A stretch of 64,000 bases of DNA from positions 25,381-89,380 of the IMG/VR virus record IMGVR_UViG_3300023084_000010; one strand, written 5' to 3'. Shown in pieces: positions 9,119 to 18,130 of the stretch. Source of the DNA: a virus. A model generated the notes under the pieces. It was not told the DNA's origin. It saw only the letters and a list, made by a program, of their open reading frames with translations, and did no database searches. Numbering within the stretch: position 1 is the first letter of the stretch; every line of letters starts with the position of its first letter. The translations under genes were made by a program, and so were the position numbers.

Positions 9119-9469
9119 TTACCACTTTCTACATGACCAATAACGAGCTTTCCACTTTGGACCTGGATTGTCGCAATTATGTCTAGCACGGAAACTTTTA
9201 CGTCTTTTCGGATTAGACTTCTTAATACGCATATTAGGATCACCAAAGTTTACTTTTACAACATTGCCTTTATCGTTTTTAACGTAAACTTTAAATTTCT
9301 TCACGTCACCACGCATTGGCTTGTTTAGTTTAACTTTACGTCCTTGATACTCTGCTTCGAATACACCTTCTTCTTCTGCATATCCTAGTTCGCCAAACTC
9401 TTCGTGAAAGTCTTGTGTATCTTCTAACGTAATTTCTTCGTTAAGTTGTGTAAATTCATAAATCTTCAT
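9119..9469 (-). CDS. Basic small protein (DUF5754-like), probable internal head protein
   Basis: MKIYEFTQLNE, acidic leader, then very basic KKFKVYV...VNFGD...RRKSFRARH...ARYWSCRKW. Confidence 0.7.
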   Translation of the reverse strand: MKIYEFTQLNEEITLEDTQDFHEEFGELGYAEEEGVFEAEYQGRKVKLNKPMRGDVKKFKVYVKNDKGNVVKVNFGDPNMRIKKSNPKRRKSFRARHNCDNPGPKWKARYWSCRKW

Positions 9470-9499
9470 AAAAACACCCTTGGTAATAGTCGTTAGTAC

Positions 9500-9505
9500 T
9501 ATTTA
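9500..9505 (-). promoter_or_regulatory. T4-like late promoter core (GATAAATA) heading the 9469-5722 operon
   Basis: TAAATA core with no -35. The same core lies in front of genes at 3764, 10011, 10500, 13793, 14143, 14362, 20532, 42060, 42112, 55206 (-) and 20549, 32397, 34542 (+); T4 gp55 late promoter consensus is TATAAATA. Confidence 0.7.
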
Positions 9506-9533
9506 TCCAAGGGTGTAAAGTTTTTAGTAAAAC

Positions 9534-9944
9534 TTATGGTGTTTCGTCACCTTCGAGATCATCTGCATTAGTTAATGATGAATCGTCGCCTGCTTCTTCA
9601 ATTTGTGCGCCGCCATCTGTCAGATCTGCGTCGAAGTTCCATGGATATGTGTTGCCATCATTTCCTGTAACTTTTCTACCAGAAATTTTAGTAACTTGTA
9701 ACTGGTCACCTGAATCATTCAATACTGTAATTGACATTTGACCTGCTGTAAGTGCTGCACTTGCTGCATCTGTTAGTGTGCAAACTGCAGTGTTAGTGCC
9801 GTCTGAACATAAAAAACGCTTTGACGCTTTTTGTTTTACAATCCATCCTGCTACACTAGCTGTACCATTATGGAATTGTACTTTGATTTCGTTTCCGCCT
9901 GCTGTTGGTGTTCCGAAAAATCTTTTGTTTAGTGGTCTTCCCAT
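9534..9944 (-). CDS. Conserved-looking late protein, probably structural
   Basis: MGRPLNKRFFG N-terminus, strong AAGGAG RBS, late promoter at 10011-10016. Confidence 0.7.
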   Translation of the reverse strand: MGRPLNKRFFGTPTAGGNEIKVQFHNGTASVAGWIVKQKASKRFLCSDGTNTAVCTLTDAASAALTAGQMSITVLNDSGDQLQVTKISGRKVTGNDGNTYPWNFDADLTDGGAQIEEAGDDSSLTNADDLEGDETP

Positions 9945-9958
9945 TTGTTTTCTCCTTT

Positions 9959-10005
9959 GACGTTCTAGGTCTACGGGGTGGTGTCCCCATAAGCTCTTAT
10001 TGAGC
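9959..10005 (-). promoter_or_regulatory. Structured 5' leader (three hairpins) between the late promoter and the RBS
   Basis: GCTC-AATAA-GAGC, TATGGGG-ACACCA-CCCCGTA and GAC-CTAGAAC-GTC lie immediately before AAAGGAG. Confidence 0.5.
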
Positions 10006-10494
10006 AGTAGTATTTATCGGATATCTTCGAATACCTATAGCTTTATTAGGTTTATAATAGTCATACCGAACTTCATTGTTTTGATTACCGCCAAGTATTA
10101 CCCAATATTCGGTGTTGTCTACTAGTCTTGTTTCTACGTAAAAGCCAACGTGTCCTTGCCAACCTTGATTACCTCTTGGAAACACAACAACATCTCCACG
10201 TTGTATATTAGCACGTTCAACACGTTCTCCCCATTGTAAAAAACTTCTGGCCATTAACGGACTATCGCTGACACTTGAACTACCAGGTATATTATCTATC
10301 TCTAGTACACTGTTAACAAACGCTGCACACCATTCTGTTCGCACAGGATCTACACCGACTAGTTCTTTCAACTCTGAACGATTTTGTCTTTCTTGCAAAC
10401 CAATATATGGTTGTGCAGTAATAACACTATCGTTGGTACTAACAGTATTACAGCCGCTGACAGCGGCTGCTAATAAAAAAATAATCACTCTCAT
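9997..10494 (-). CDS. TIGR02594-like NlpC/P60-fold cell-wall peptidase, lipoprotein
   Basis: Signal peptide with VSGC lipobox; WCAAFVN, GHVGF and LGGNQ motifs. Confidence 0.8.
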   Translation of the reverse strand: MRVIIFLLAAAVSGCNTVSTNDSVITAQPYIGLQERQNRSELKELVGVDPVRTEWCAAFVNSVLEIDNIPGSSSVSDSPLMARSFLQWGERVERANIQRGDVVVFPRGNQGWQGHVGFYVETRLVDNTEYWVILGGNQNNEVRYDYYKPNKAIGIRRYPINTTAQ

Positions 10495-10509
10495 AAAGAT
10501 ATTTAGTGA

Positions 10510-11277
10510 TTATTCCTCTAAGAAAAAGTTCTCAATTTTAATGTAAGGAGTGCTATTATCAATATTGTGCAATATTTTGCTGGTTACTACATTAATAGTA
10601 GTGCCATTTTTAATACGTTTTTCAAACATAGGCAAAAATGCATTGTGTTTAGTATGTACCCATACCTTAACTGCACCATATTCACTTGCACAAATATACC
10701 ATCTAATTTCTTTATGTGTATATTCATATACACTACGTACAAATAGTTTTCTATTATCGTAGTCTGCAGGGTTTTTTAGTTTTTTGTGTACATCATTTGT
10801 AAAGTAACTGATGTAATTGTTAAATGGAACAGTACCTAGTATACGACTTGCATCTTCTTCTAGTGTTTTAATGTTTGTATTTTCATTTAACTGTTGAACT
10901 GTTGTGTCTACATTAAATTGTAGTTCTAGCCAACGTGCAAGTCCTATATAACTGTTAATGTCGTCTTGTCTAGTGCGATGCCCCCAGGAGTTTCTGTCAT
11001 TGTATGATTTATTTTCGATAAAACGTTGTAGTGTACTTCTAAAACTTGTTAAGGATTCTCCTGTAAGTTTAGCACTAATAAACATTGTACGATAGTAGTC
11101 CCAAATAGCAGTAGCCTTTTCCATACTAATTTGAGGATTGGCTAACATAAAAATATCAAAGTTTGTAGTTTTATTTGGAATACACTGAAATTTATGTTCT
11201 TCTCCATTTAGATAGAATGTTTGAATTTTATCGTCTTCTTGTTCACGAACTAAATTATAATCGCTTTCGTAATCCAT
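10510..11277 (-). CDS. Hypothetical protein
   Basis: 255 aa ORF coupled (TAATG) to uvsE. Confidence 0.65.
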   Translation of the reverse strand: MDYESDYNLVREQEDDKIQTFYLNGEEHKFQCIPNKTTNFDIFMLANPQISMEKATAIWDYYRTMFISAKLTGESLTSFRSTLQRFIENKSYNDRNSWGHRTRQDDINSYIGLARWLELQFNVDTTVQQLNENTNIKTLEEDASRILGTVPFNNYISYFTNDVHKKLKNPADYDNRKLFVRSVYEYTHKEIRWYICASEYGAVKVWVHTKHNAFLPMFEKRIKNGTTINVVTSKILHNIDNSTPYIKIENFFLEE

Positions 11278-12323
11278 TATGCTGCCTTACTTGTAAATGG
11301 GTCTTTTTGCATTAAGTAGTGCTGATACAATTGTGCACTAGCTAAGTTTTTATTTTTTGCTTCTACCATGATATCAAAGTCTTCCCAAAAGCTCAACGCC
11401 CAGTCGTTGCAGGCGCTGTTCCAACACATATCACTGTGTGCTCTTAGTTTGGCTTTTTTGTATCCTTGTTCAAGTAGTGAGTCCATGTCTGGTCGTACAC
11501 TCGGTCTAGCAGTTTCCAATAAAGATTCACGGCTAAGACTGTAATGCATAGTAGGACGGACACCCCGCCAACTATCGATAATACGGTTAATGCGAACATC
11601 ATCTCGTGCAATATATTCTCCTGTACGCACCCAATGGTGATGTATATCTATCACTAGTGCTACATGTTTACTTAGCTCGAGTATAGATTCGAGTCCCCAC
11701 GCATTTTCTTCGTTTTCAATGGTAATTGTGTTTCGTGCTTCTGTAGAGAGTCTTGGAAGGATGTCTTTGATACCTTCTGGACCTTTTCTGCCGGCGATGT
11801 GGACGTTACATTTGAAGTCTTGCCATGTCTGACCATAGCCCATCCACCTGATGATATCCGCATGATATTCAAACTCCTCTAAACTACGTTCTACAACATC
11901 CGGATTATCGGAAGCAAGAACGGTAAACTGACCAGGGTGCATAGACAAGCGTACATCAAACTCACGTGCAATGTCGCCAATTGCTTTGTACGCTCGCTCG
12001 AGCCTTGTTCTGAGATCTGGTTGCCGATAGAAATAAGACCAATCACTGTGAGTATAAGCAGGAAGAAGACCGCTTCCAATACGAACCATACGTAACTGGG
12101 GTGGTAAAGATCCAACATATCTAATTAGCCTTTCCAGTGCACTGATGTTGTGCTCTATAATCTCGTATAAACGTTGTTCTGCTACATCACGTGTTTGATT
12201 GTTAAGCCATGTAATAGTAGTAGCACGTTCATTAAAAGGACGTTGTATGTCCTCTAGTAATTTCTTTTTAATGCTTTGATCATGATGCAAATACTTACAT
12301 GCAAAGCCGATACGTTTGATCAT
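11277..12323 (-). CDS. uvsE: UV DNA damage endonuclease
   Basis: RIGFACK, RLSMHPGQFTVL, TIENEE, DIHHHW, HYS, RAHSD and MVEAK motifs. Confidence 0.93.
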   Translation of the reverse strand: MIKRIGFACKYLHHDQSIKKKLLEDIQRPFNERATTITWLNNQTRDVAEQRLYEIIEHNISALERLIRYVGSLPPQLRMVRIGSGLLPAYTHSDWSYFYRQPDLRTRLERAYKAIGDIAREFDVRLSMHPGQFTVLASDNPDVVERSLEEFEYHADIIRWMGYGQTWQDFKCNVHIAGRKGPEGIKDILPRLSTEARNTITIENEENAWGLESILELSKHVALVIDIHHHWVRTGEYIARDDVRINRIIDSWRGVRPTMHYSLSRESLLETARPSVRPDMDSLLEQGYKKAKLRAHSDMCWNSACNDWALSFWEDFDIMVEAKNKNLASAQLYQHYLMQKDPFTSKAA

Positions 12324-12354
12324 AATGTTATCTCACTGTTACGTTATCGTATAT

Positions 12355-12383
12355 AATGTAACACGTATATCACATAAAGTCAA
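12355..12383 (-). promoter_or_regulatory. sigma70-type promoter for uvsE
   Basis: TTGACT-17 bp-TACATT. Confidence 0.55.
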
Positions 12384-12937
12384 ACAAATTTGTCTTTATT
12401 TTTAATATAATAATCTAATAATTCTTTATCTTCAGTCATTCTTCTGCGTCTATATGATTCTGGTAAATCATCCCACGGACGCATAGCAGGATGTGTTTTG
12501 TTAACTTGGTCAAAGTTTAATCCAAACCTCCAACCTTTATCTTGTTGTTCTGTAATCCATTTGTTATGATTTTGACGTTCCATAGTTAGCATAATTATTT
12601 CACGAGCACCATCATCCATTTGTACATCATACTCAAACGGATGACCGAAGTTTGCCTTAGAGCGATATACATTACTACTTTCAATTTGGAAGTCGTGTTC
12701 AGTAACACGCATATATCCTTCAACAATACGTTCTGCTTCATCTGCAGTAAGATGTCTTACTAACGGAATGATATACAAATAGTCTGTATCTTGCATACCT
12801 AACATCAAATTATTAGTATCGTCGTCTCCTGCCATTATAGCATCAGGGCCGAGCATATCAACAGTATAATACCATTTTTGTATTTGATCTGCAGTTAGTG
12901 CGTATGAACTACGTTGAAGGATATAAAAATCTTGCAT
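12380..12937 (-). CDS. RyR (ryanodine receptor repeat) domain protein
   Basis: C-terminal HNKW...GWRFG...NKTHPAMRPWDDLPE matches the RyR repeat signature. Confidence 0.75.
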   Translation of the reverse strand: MQDFYILQRSSYALTADQIQKWYYTVDMLGPDAIMAGDDDTNNLMLGMQDTDYLYIIPLVRHLTADEAERIVEGYMRVTEHDFQIESSNVYRSKANFGHPFEYDVQMDDGAREIIMLTMERQNHNKWITEQQDKGWRFGLNFDQVNKTHPAMRPWDDLPESYRRRRMTEDKELLDYYIKNKDKFV

Positions 12938-12945
12938 GTGTTACC

Positions 12946-13413
12946 TTATTTTTTTGTTTTACTTTTACTTTGAGTAAATGCTTGTCCACCAAAGAATGCA
13001 GCAACAATAGCAGCAACTGACACAAAGTATGTAGCAGCCATATCGCCTAAAATTTTGCCTGCTTGATCTAAACTAAACGCTACTGCTAGTACTACTGCAA
13101 AAGGATATAATAACATACCTCCTAGTGCAAACCAAGCCATTTTTCTTTGTGCATCACGCATTGCATCTGCATCTTCAAATTCTTTACGTCTGAATTCGAG
13201 ATACATTGCATGTTCTTCTGCATCTACTATTCCGTCACCATTTGTATCAGCTTCGTGGAATCCAGTTGGCGCTGTTGATACAGGTGCTGGCGCTCCTACT
13301 GGAGCTGGTGCGGCTGCTGGAGCCGGCTTTGGTGCGGCGGTCGGTGTAGTTGCAGTTGCAGCTTTTCCAGGCCCTCCAGCACTTTTTAATTCTTCGGGTT
13401 TTTTTCTTGGCAT
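12946..13413 (-). CDS. EF-hand + 2-TM membrane protein (holin-like topology)
   Basis: Pro/Ala linker, canonical EF loop DTNGDGIVDAEE, two hydrophobic helices, basic C-terminus. Confidence 0.7.
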   Translation of the reverse strand: MPRKKPEELKSAGGPGKAATATTPTAAPKPAPAAAPAPVGAPAPVSTAPTGFHEADTNGDGIVDAEEHAMYLEFRRKEFEDADAMRDAQRKMAWFALGGMLLYPFAVVLAVAFSLDQAGKILGDMAATYFVSVAAIVAAFFGGQAFTQSKSKTKK

Positions 13414-13441
13414 TAAAATTTCCTCTGTCTATGTCACTCTC

Positions 13442-13768
13442 TTAAAAGTCGAAATCTGCTACTGTAGTAGTACTACAATCGTAATCGTTATCTCCGACTG
13501 TTGCACCTAAACTTTGCATTGCATTTTCTAATGTTGCTGCAGTCCATGTACTATTTTCAACTGCAATTCTAAATGCACCATTGTTTTCTGCACCTACTGC
13601 AAGAAGTGTTCCTTCTCTGCCGATAAGTTCTACAATTGCTTCGACTGCTTCTCCTGGATTTAATTCGTTTGCCAGTGAGCTGCCAGTATTAATACTGTAA
13701 AAACTCACAGGAGCACCAAAGTTTTGTACATCAAACTCTAACACATTTGTTGAATTTCTGGTTACCAT
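13442..13768 (-). CDS. Small late protein, possibly capsid decoration/structural
   Basis: 108 aa; AAGGAG RBS; own late promoter at 13793-13798. Confidence 0.65.
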   Translation of the reverse strand: MVTRNSTNVLEFDVQNFGAPVSFYSINTGSSLANELNPGEAVEAIVELIGREGTLLAVGAENNGAFRIAVENSTWTAATLENAMQSLGATVGDNDYDCSTTTVADFDF

Positions 13769-13808
13769 TTCTATAACTCCTTAATATAAGTGTATTTATC
13801 TAGCCAAC

Positions 13809-13835
13809 AAAAAAGCCCCGACTAGCGAGGCTTTT
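13809..13835 (-). terminator. Rho-independent terminator
   Basis: AAAAGCCTCG-CTAGT-CGGGGC-TTTTTT on the minus strand, downstream of 13859..14095. Confidence 0.85.
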
Positions 13836-13858
13836 AAGTTTAAACGTTTTGTTTAATA

Positions 13859-14095
13859 TTAGTCTACGAATGTTACAACTAGTGTTGAGTCAGTAAGTGT
13901 TGGTGCAGCACCTGTACCTTGGATTGCGATATGATCGCCGTTTGCTGTACCTTCAACTGCTGCTACTGTGAAACCTGCTTCTGCTGCTTCTGTGCAAGCT
14001 ACTGCTACGTTTGTTCCTGTTGCAACTACAAAAATATGTGTTTGTCCGCCTAGTCCGTTACCTGCACGAACTGCTGCTGTTGATGTTAAAGCCAT
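13859..14095 (-). CDS. Small Ala/Gly/Thr-rich late protein, probably highly expressed structural protein
   Basis: Own late promoter (14143-14148), AAGGAG RBS, own terminator, biased GCT/GCA/ACT codons. Confidence 0.7.
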   Translation of the reverse strand: MALTSTAAVRAGNGLGGQTHIFVVATGTNVAVACTEAAEAGFTVAAVEGTANGDHIAIQGTGAAPTLTDSTLVVTFVD

Positions 14096-14168
14096 TTGCT
14101 TATCTCCTTGTTTGTGTTAGCATTCTATTCTGCTTATACATTTATTTATCAAATTAATTTCAAAAATA

Positions 14169-14336
14169 CTAGTTTTCGGCAATAATTTCTACTAATTTTC
14201 CAGGTCCTGCTAGTTCTTGTACAACTGCTTCTAACTGTGCAAGTGTACTTGAATCAAAAATTTCGCTAGGTTCCTGTGAATCTTTTAGTAGTTCGCTTAC
14301 TTTAATAACAAACATTGATTCATTAAGTTTAGCCAT
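14169..14336 (-). CDS. Small hypothetical protein (55 aa), below the ORF-track cutoff
   Basis: MAKLNESMFVIKVSELLKD...LEAVVQELAGPGKLVEIIAEN; AGGAG RBS; TAAATA at 14362-14367. Confidence 0.7.
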   Translation of the reverse strand: MAKLNESMFVIKVSELLKDSQEPSEIFDSSTLAQLEAVVQELAGPGKLVEIIAEN

Positions 14337-14364
14337 AATACTACTCCTATCATTATAGTAGTAT

Positions 14365-15075
14365 TTATTCTAAATCTTCTATTAGAACTACTTTTGTTGT
14401 ACTAGTAATAATGTTTTTAAACATCAAATGCATTGTGCATACATCGCTATAATCTATAAAGTATACAGATCCTGTAGAACTATACGGAATAAAAGTAGAC
14501 CAACGTGGTCTTCTAAATGCACTACCCGAGCCTACATTTTTATACTGATCTTCTAATGCTTTTAGTCTTGGATACTGTCGTATAGTGCTGTTTATATAAT
14601 AAGTGTCTGGTTCAAAACTGCTGGTTACAAAGTCTGCTATGTCAATAAATTGATCCATTTCATCACGAAACTTATACATATGACAACTTACTTTATATCT
14701 GTATTTGTTATAAAATAACTTTTTGCGTACACTTTGTGTTAGGTCTTGTACCATTAGATCTTTATGATCTCGACTTAACGGTCCTTGTATTTCGATAATA
14801 TCATCGTTGTAATACTTAATAACATCCGACAAGGCTTGTTCTTCTTTAAGATATAAATTAAAACAATGATCATTACGTGACTTGTATTCGTGTTCAAGTC
14901 TACTCATTTGTCTTTTAATATTACTATTACGATGAAATAAATTTAAAAATCCTCCATCGAACATGTCCCATCCCTTGAAACTAACACGGAATGGGAACTC
15001 TTTGTACCAGACTTTACTAGCTATTGTAAATCTAGAATCTGCTTTAAGCTGTTCGTATATGGATTTTGTCATCAA
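14365..15075 (-). CDS. Hypothetical protein
   Basis: 236 aa ORF overlapping the clpA 3' end. Confidence 0.65.
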   Translation of the reverse strand: MMTKSIYEQLKADSRFTIASKVWYKEFPFRVSFKGWDMFDGGFLNLFHRNSNIKRQMSRLEHEYKSRNDHCFNLYLKEEQALSDVIKYYNDDIIEIQGPLSRDHKDLMVQDLTQSVRKKLFYNKYRYKVSCHMYKFRDEMDQFIDIADFVTSSFEPDTYYINSTIRQYPRLKALEDQYKNVGSGSAFRRPRWSTFIPYSSTGSVYFIDYSDVCTMHLMFKNIITSTTKVVLIEDLE

Positions 15076-17275
15076 CTACTTCCAACCTAACAGCCGTAAT
15101 GTTATCACCGAACAATAGGATTTTTGCTAGTGGCTTTTTAATTTGTTCGTTAATCAATCTACCCATAGGTCTTGCACCCATTGTTTCAGTAAATCCATTA
15201 TTTGTTAGCCAAGTAAGAACAGTGTTATTCCAATGTATTGATATATTTCTATCAGTTAACATTGTTCTTAGTTCGTTTAAGAACTTAACAGTAATGTCTC
15301 TCATCAGAGTTTTGTCTAGTTTTGTAAACTGTACAATAGCATCTAGTCTATTGCGGAACTCTGGAGAGAAGAAACGTTTAACTGCTTCTTCACTGGCTGC
15401 ACTATTGTCATTATCGCCAAAACCAATTGTATTACGTTCAGCATCACGTGCACCTAAGTTACTAGTCATAATAACAATAGCATTACGAGCACTTACACTT
15501 TTGCCTTCACTGTTAGTAATCATACCATTGTCCATAAGTTGTAACATTACGTTACTAACATCAGGGTGTGCTTTTTCAATTTCGTCCAGTAGTAGGATAC
15601 AGTTAGGATTTTCTTCAAGTTTGTTGACTAGTAAGCCACCTCCTTGACCACCTTCACCGTATCCTACATACCCTGGGGGAGCACCGATAAGTTTAGCAAC
15701 TGTGTGACGTTCTTGGTATTCACTCATATCAAAACGTACAAGCGGCATACTCATTGCATCACTTAATTGTTTTGCTGTTTCAGTTTTACCAACACCTGTA
15801 GGGCCTGTAAACAAATAACAGCCGATTGGTTTACTAGGATCTTTCAGTCCAGCTTTAGCAATATAAATGCTATCTGCAAGTCTAGTAATAGCTTCGTCTT
15901 GACCAAATACTTTCTTTTTAACAACTGCCTCAATGTCTACAGGCTTCTCCTGTTTGTACTCACTGTCTTTTGTAAGTACTAGCTGGTCTACAGGAATACG
16001 TGTCATCTTAGCAACTTCATAACGAATATCATCTAAGTCTAGTACACTTTTACGCATCTCTGCTGGCTGTAACCGCTGACGTGCAGCCGCTGCATCCAAT
16101 ACATCAAATGCCTTGTCTGGCAAGTGTTTGTTGTGCCAGTATTGATGTGTCAAGTCTACTGCACCATGTAGTGCTTCTTTTGTATATGCTAGTTCGTGGA
16201 ATAGTTCATACACTGGAATACTTGCTTCGATAATTCTCTTAGCATCAGCAGGGCTTGGTTCTGGAACATCGACTTTATAAAAGCGACGATTAAGTGCTTT
16301 ATCTTTTTCAAAGTGTTCTCTGTATTCTTCGTATGTTGTCGAACCAATACAACGTAAGTTACCTTTTTGCAGTGCTGGCTTCAACAAGTTAGCAACATCC
16401 ATTGCACCTTGTCCTGCGCTACCTGCACCCATAATCATGTGAATTTCGTCGATAAACAAGATAGCATCATCACGCTTTTCTAAAATGTTTAATACATCTT
16501 TAAGACGTTCTTCAAAGTCACCTCTAAACTTAGTGCCTGCAAGTAGTGCACCAATATCTAAACTATAAATTGTATTGTCTTTAATAACTTCTGGAACTCT
16601 GTCTTCGTTAATTAAATGTGCTAAACCTTCTGCAATAGCAGTTTTACCAACGCCTGATTCACCTACAAGTATAACATTGTTCTTTTTACGACGAGCAATA
16701 GTTTGTACTAGTTTTTCTAGTTCATCTTCACGTCCGATCATAGGATCAATAATGCCATCTGCCGCTTGTTCGTTTAAATTGTCGCAGAACTTACGCAGCA
16801 TACGTTCTGCTTTGGCAGGTTTTGTTTTTGACTCATCCATATCTTGTTCTTGCACTGCAGGGTTCTGAATAAATTGTACTAATTGTTCTCTGCTAATATC
16901 AAACTGTTTTAACAAATGCACGGCTGCACTTGTATCTTCTGTTAATATACTAATTAACAAATCTTTAGCATTGATATTTTGTCTGCCGTTGAACAATGCT
17001 TGTGTGAATGCACGATTAAACACACGCTCTAACATTTGCGTCTTTTTAGGATCTTGTACTTCTGGTAATGGTGTTACTTCTTTTTCTAAGTACTGATAAA
17101 TTAATGCTTTTAACTGTGCAGGCTCTTTGCCCAAGTCATATAATATATCTTCAATTTCTTCTTGTTCTAGCAAAATTGCAAGTAGATGTTCTAGTGTAAC
17201 ATATTCGTGTTTATACTCACGAGTAAGTTGATATACACGCTCTACTATGTGTTCTATTCTATCATTTTGCGACAT
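15044..17275 (-). CDS. clpA: ATP-dependent Clp protease ATP-binding subunit ClpA
   Basis: Clp N-domain (HEYVTLEHLL); Walker A motifs GESGVGKT and GPTGVGKT; GTKFRGDFEERL; LIGAPPGYVG; ClpP-docking IGF loop (NTIGF). Confidence 0.95.
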   Translation of the reverse strand: MSQNDRIEHIVERVYQLTREYKHEYVTLEHLLAILLEQEEIEDILYDLGKEPAQLKALIYQYLEKEVTPLPEVQDPKKTQMLERVFNRAFTQALFNGRQNINAKDLLISILTEDTSAAVHLLKQFDISREQLVQFIQNPAVQEQDMDESKTKPAKAERMLRKFCDNLNEQAADGIIDPMIGREDELEKLVQTIARRKKNNVILVGESGVGKTAIAEGLAHLINEDRVPEVIKDNTIYSLDIGALLAGTKFRGDFEERLKDVLNILEKRDDAILFIDEIHMIMGAGSAGQGAMDVANLLKPALQKGNLRCIGSTTYEEYREHFEKDKALNRRFYKVDVPEPSPADAKRIIEASIPVYELFHELAYTKEALHGAVDLTHQYWHNKHLPDKAFDVLDAAAARQRLQPAEMRKSVLDLDDIRYEVAKMTRIPVDQLVLTKDSEYKQEKPVDIEAVVKKKVFGQDEAITRLADSIYIAKAGLKDPSKPIGCYLFTGPTGVGKTETAKQLSDAMSMPLVRFDMSEYQERHTVAKLIGAPPGYVGYGEGGQGGGLLVNKLEENPNCILLLDEIEKAHPDVSNVMLQLMDNGMITNSEGKSVSARNAIVIMTSNLGARDAERNTIGFGDNDNSAASEEAVKRFFSPEFRNRLDAIVQFTKLDKTLMRDITVKFLNELRTMLTDRNISIHWNNTVLTWLTNNGFTETMGARPMGRLINEQIKKPLAKILLFGDNITAVRLEVVDDKIHIRTA

Positions 17276-17297
17276 TTAAGTTCCTCTGTTTTTTAAT

Positions 17298-17326
17298 AAT
17301 ATAGTAATTTATTATACTAATGTCAA
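17298..17326 (-). promoter_or_regulatory. sigma70-type promoter for clpA
   Basis: TTGACA-17 bp-TATATT. Confidence 0.75.
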
Positions 17327-17332
17327 GGTAAA

Positions 17333-18130
17333 CTACGGTAAATCCTGTAATTTTGTTTGTAAATCTGTCTCTGTAAGTGCTGGTATGTGTACGTTAATTT
17401 CTACGAAAAGGTCACCGTTTGGTTTTTTATTTCTAGGCAAGCCGCCTTCTGGTATACGCAGCCTCGTCTTTGATTGCGTTCCTGGCCTAATATTTAATTT
17501 TAGATTACGTCCGTCTAAAGTGTCTATTATCTTTTCCGTTCCTATCATTGCTTCTCGTATACTAATATTTAACCTTTTTACTAGGTTATGTTCTTCAACT
17601 GTAAACTGTGGATGTGGTTTTACTTGAAATGTAACAAACAAAGATCCAGCAGGCACATCTGGTATAGTATTTTCACCATACTGCGCATACCTAACTTCTG
17701 CACCATCTGTTACGCCTGGAGGCAGTGTAATAGTAACTTGTCTGCCGTGTCCATTGCGAAACTTTAAGTCTAGTATTTTTTTAGATTGATGTATAATATC
17801 TTCTAGTGATACTGGTACTGTGATTCTAGTATCTGCATTTCGTCTGGGTCGTTGTCTAAACTGTGATCCAAACTGTTGTGCAAAAATATCTTCGAAACCT
17901 TCAAATGGATTTCTGCTATTAAAATTAAAACCATTCGGTGCCTGTTGCTGTTGTTGATCAGGACCACCGTTTTTTATAATATCATATGCTTCGTTTACCT
18001 GCTTGAATTTAGTTTCATCTCCGCCTGGTCTATCGGGATGATGTTGTTTTGCTAAACGTCTATATGCTTGTTTGATTTCATCGTCGCTTGATGCTCTAGT
18101 AACACCAAGGACTGCCCAAGGATCATTCAT
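17333..18130 (-). CDS. dnaJ: DnaJ/CbpA-like co-chaperone (class II, no Zn finger)
   Basis: J-domain with HPD, G/F-rich linker, C-terminal substrate-binding domain, no CxxCxGxG repeats. Confidence 0.9.
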   Translation of the reverse strand: MNDPWAVLGVTRASSDDEIKQAYRRLAKQHHPDRPGGDETKFKQVNEAYDIIKNGGPDQQQQQAPNGFNFNSRNPFEGFEDIFAQQFGSQFRQRPRRNADTRITVPVSLEDIIHQSKKILDLKFRNGHGRQVTITLPPGVTDGAEVRYAQYGENTIPDVPAGSLFVTFQVKPHPQFTVEEHNLVKRLNISIREAMIGTEKIIDTLDGRNLKLNIRPGTQSKTRLRIPEGGLPRNKKPNGDLFVEINVHIPALTETDLQTKLQDLP

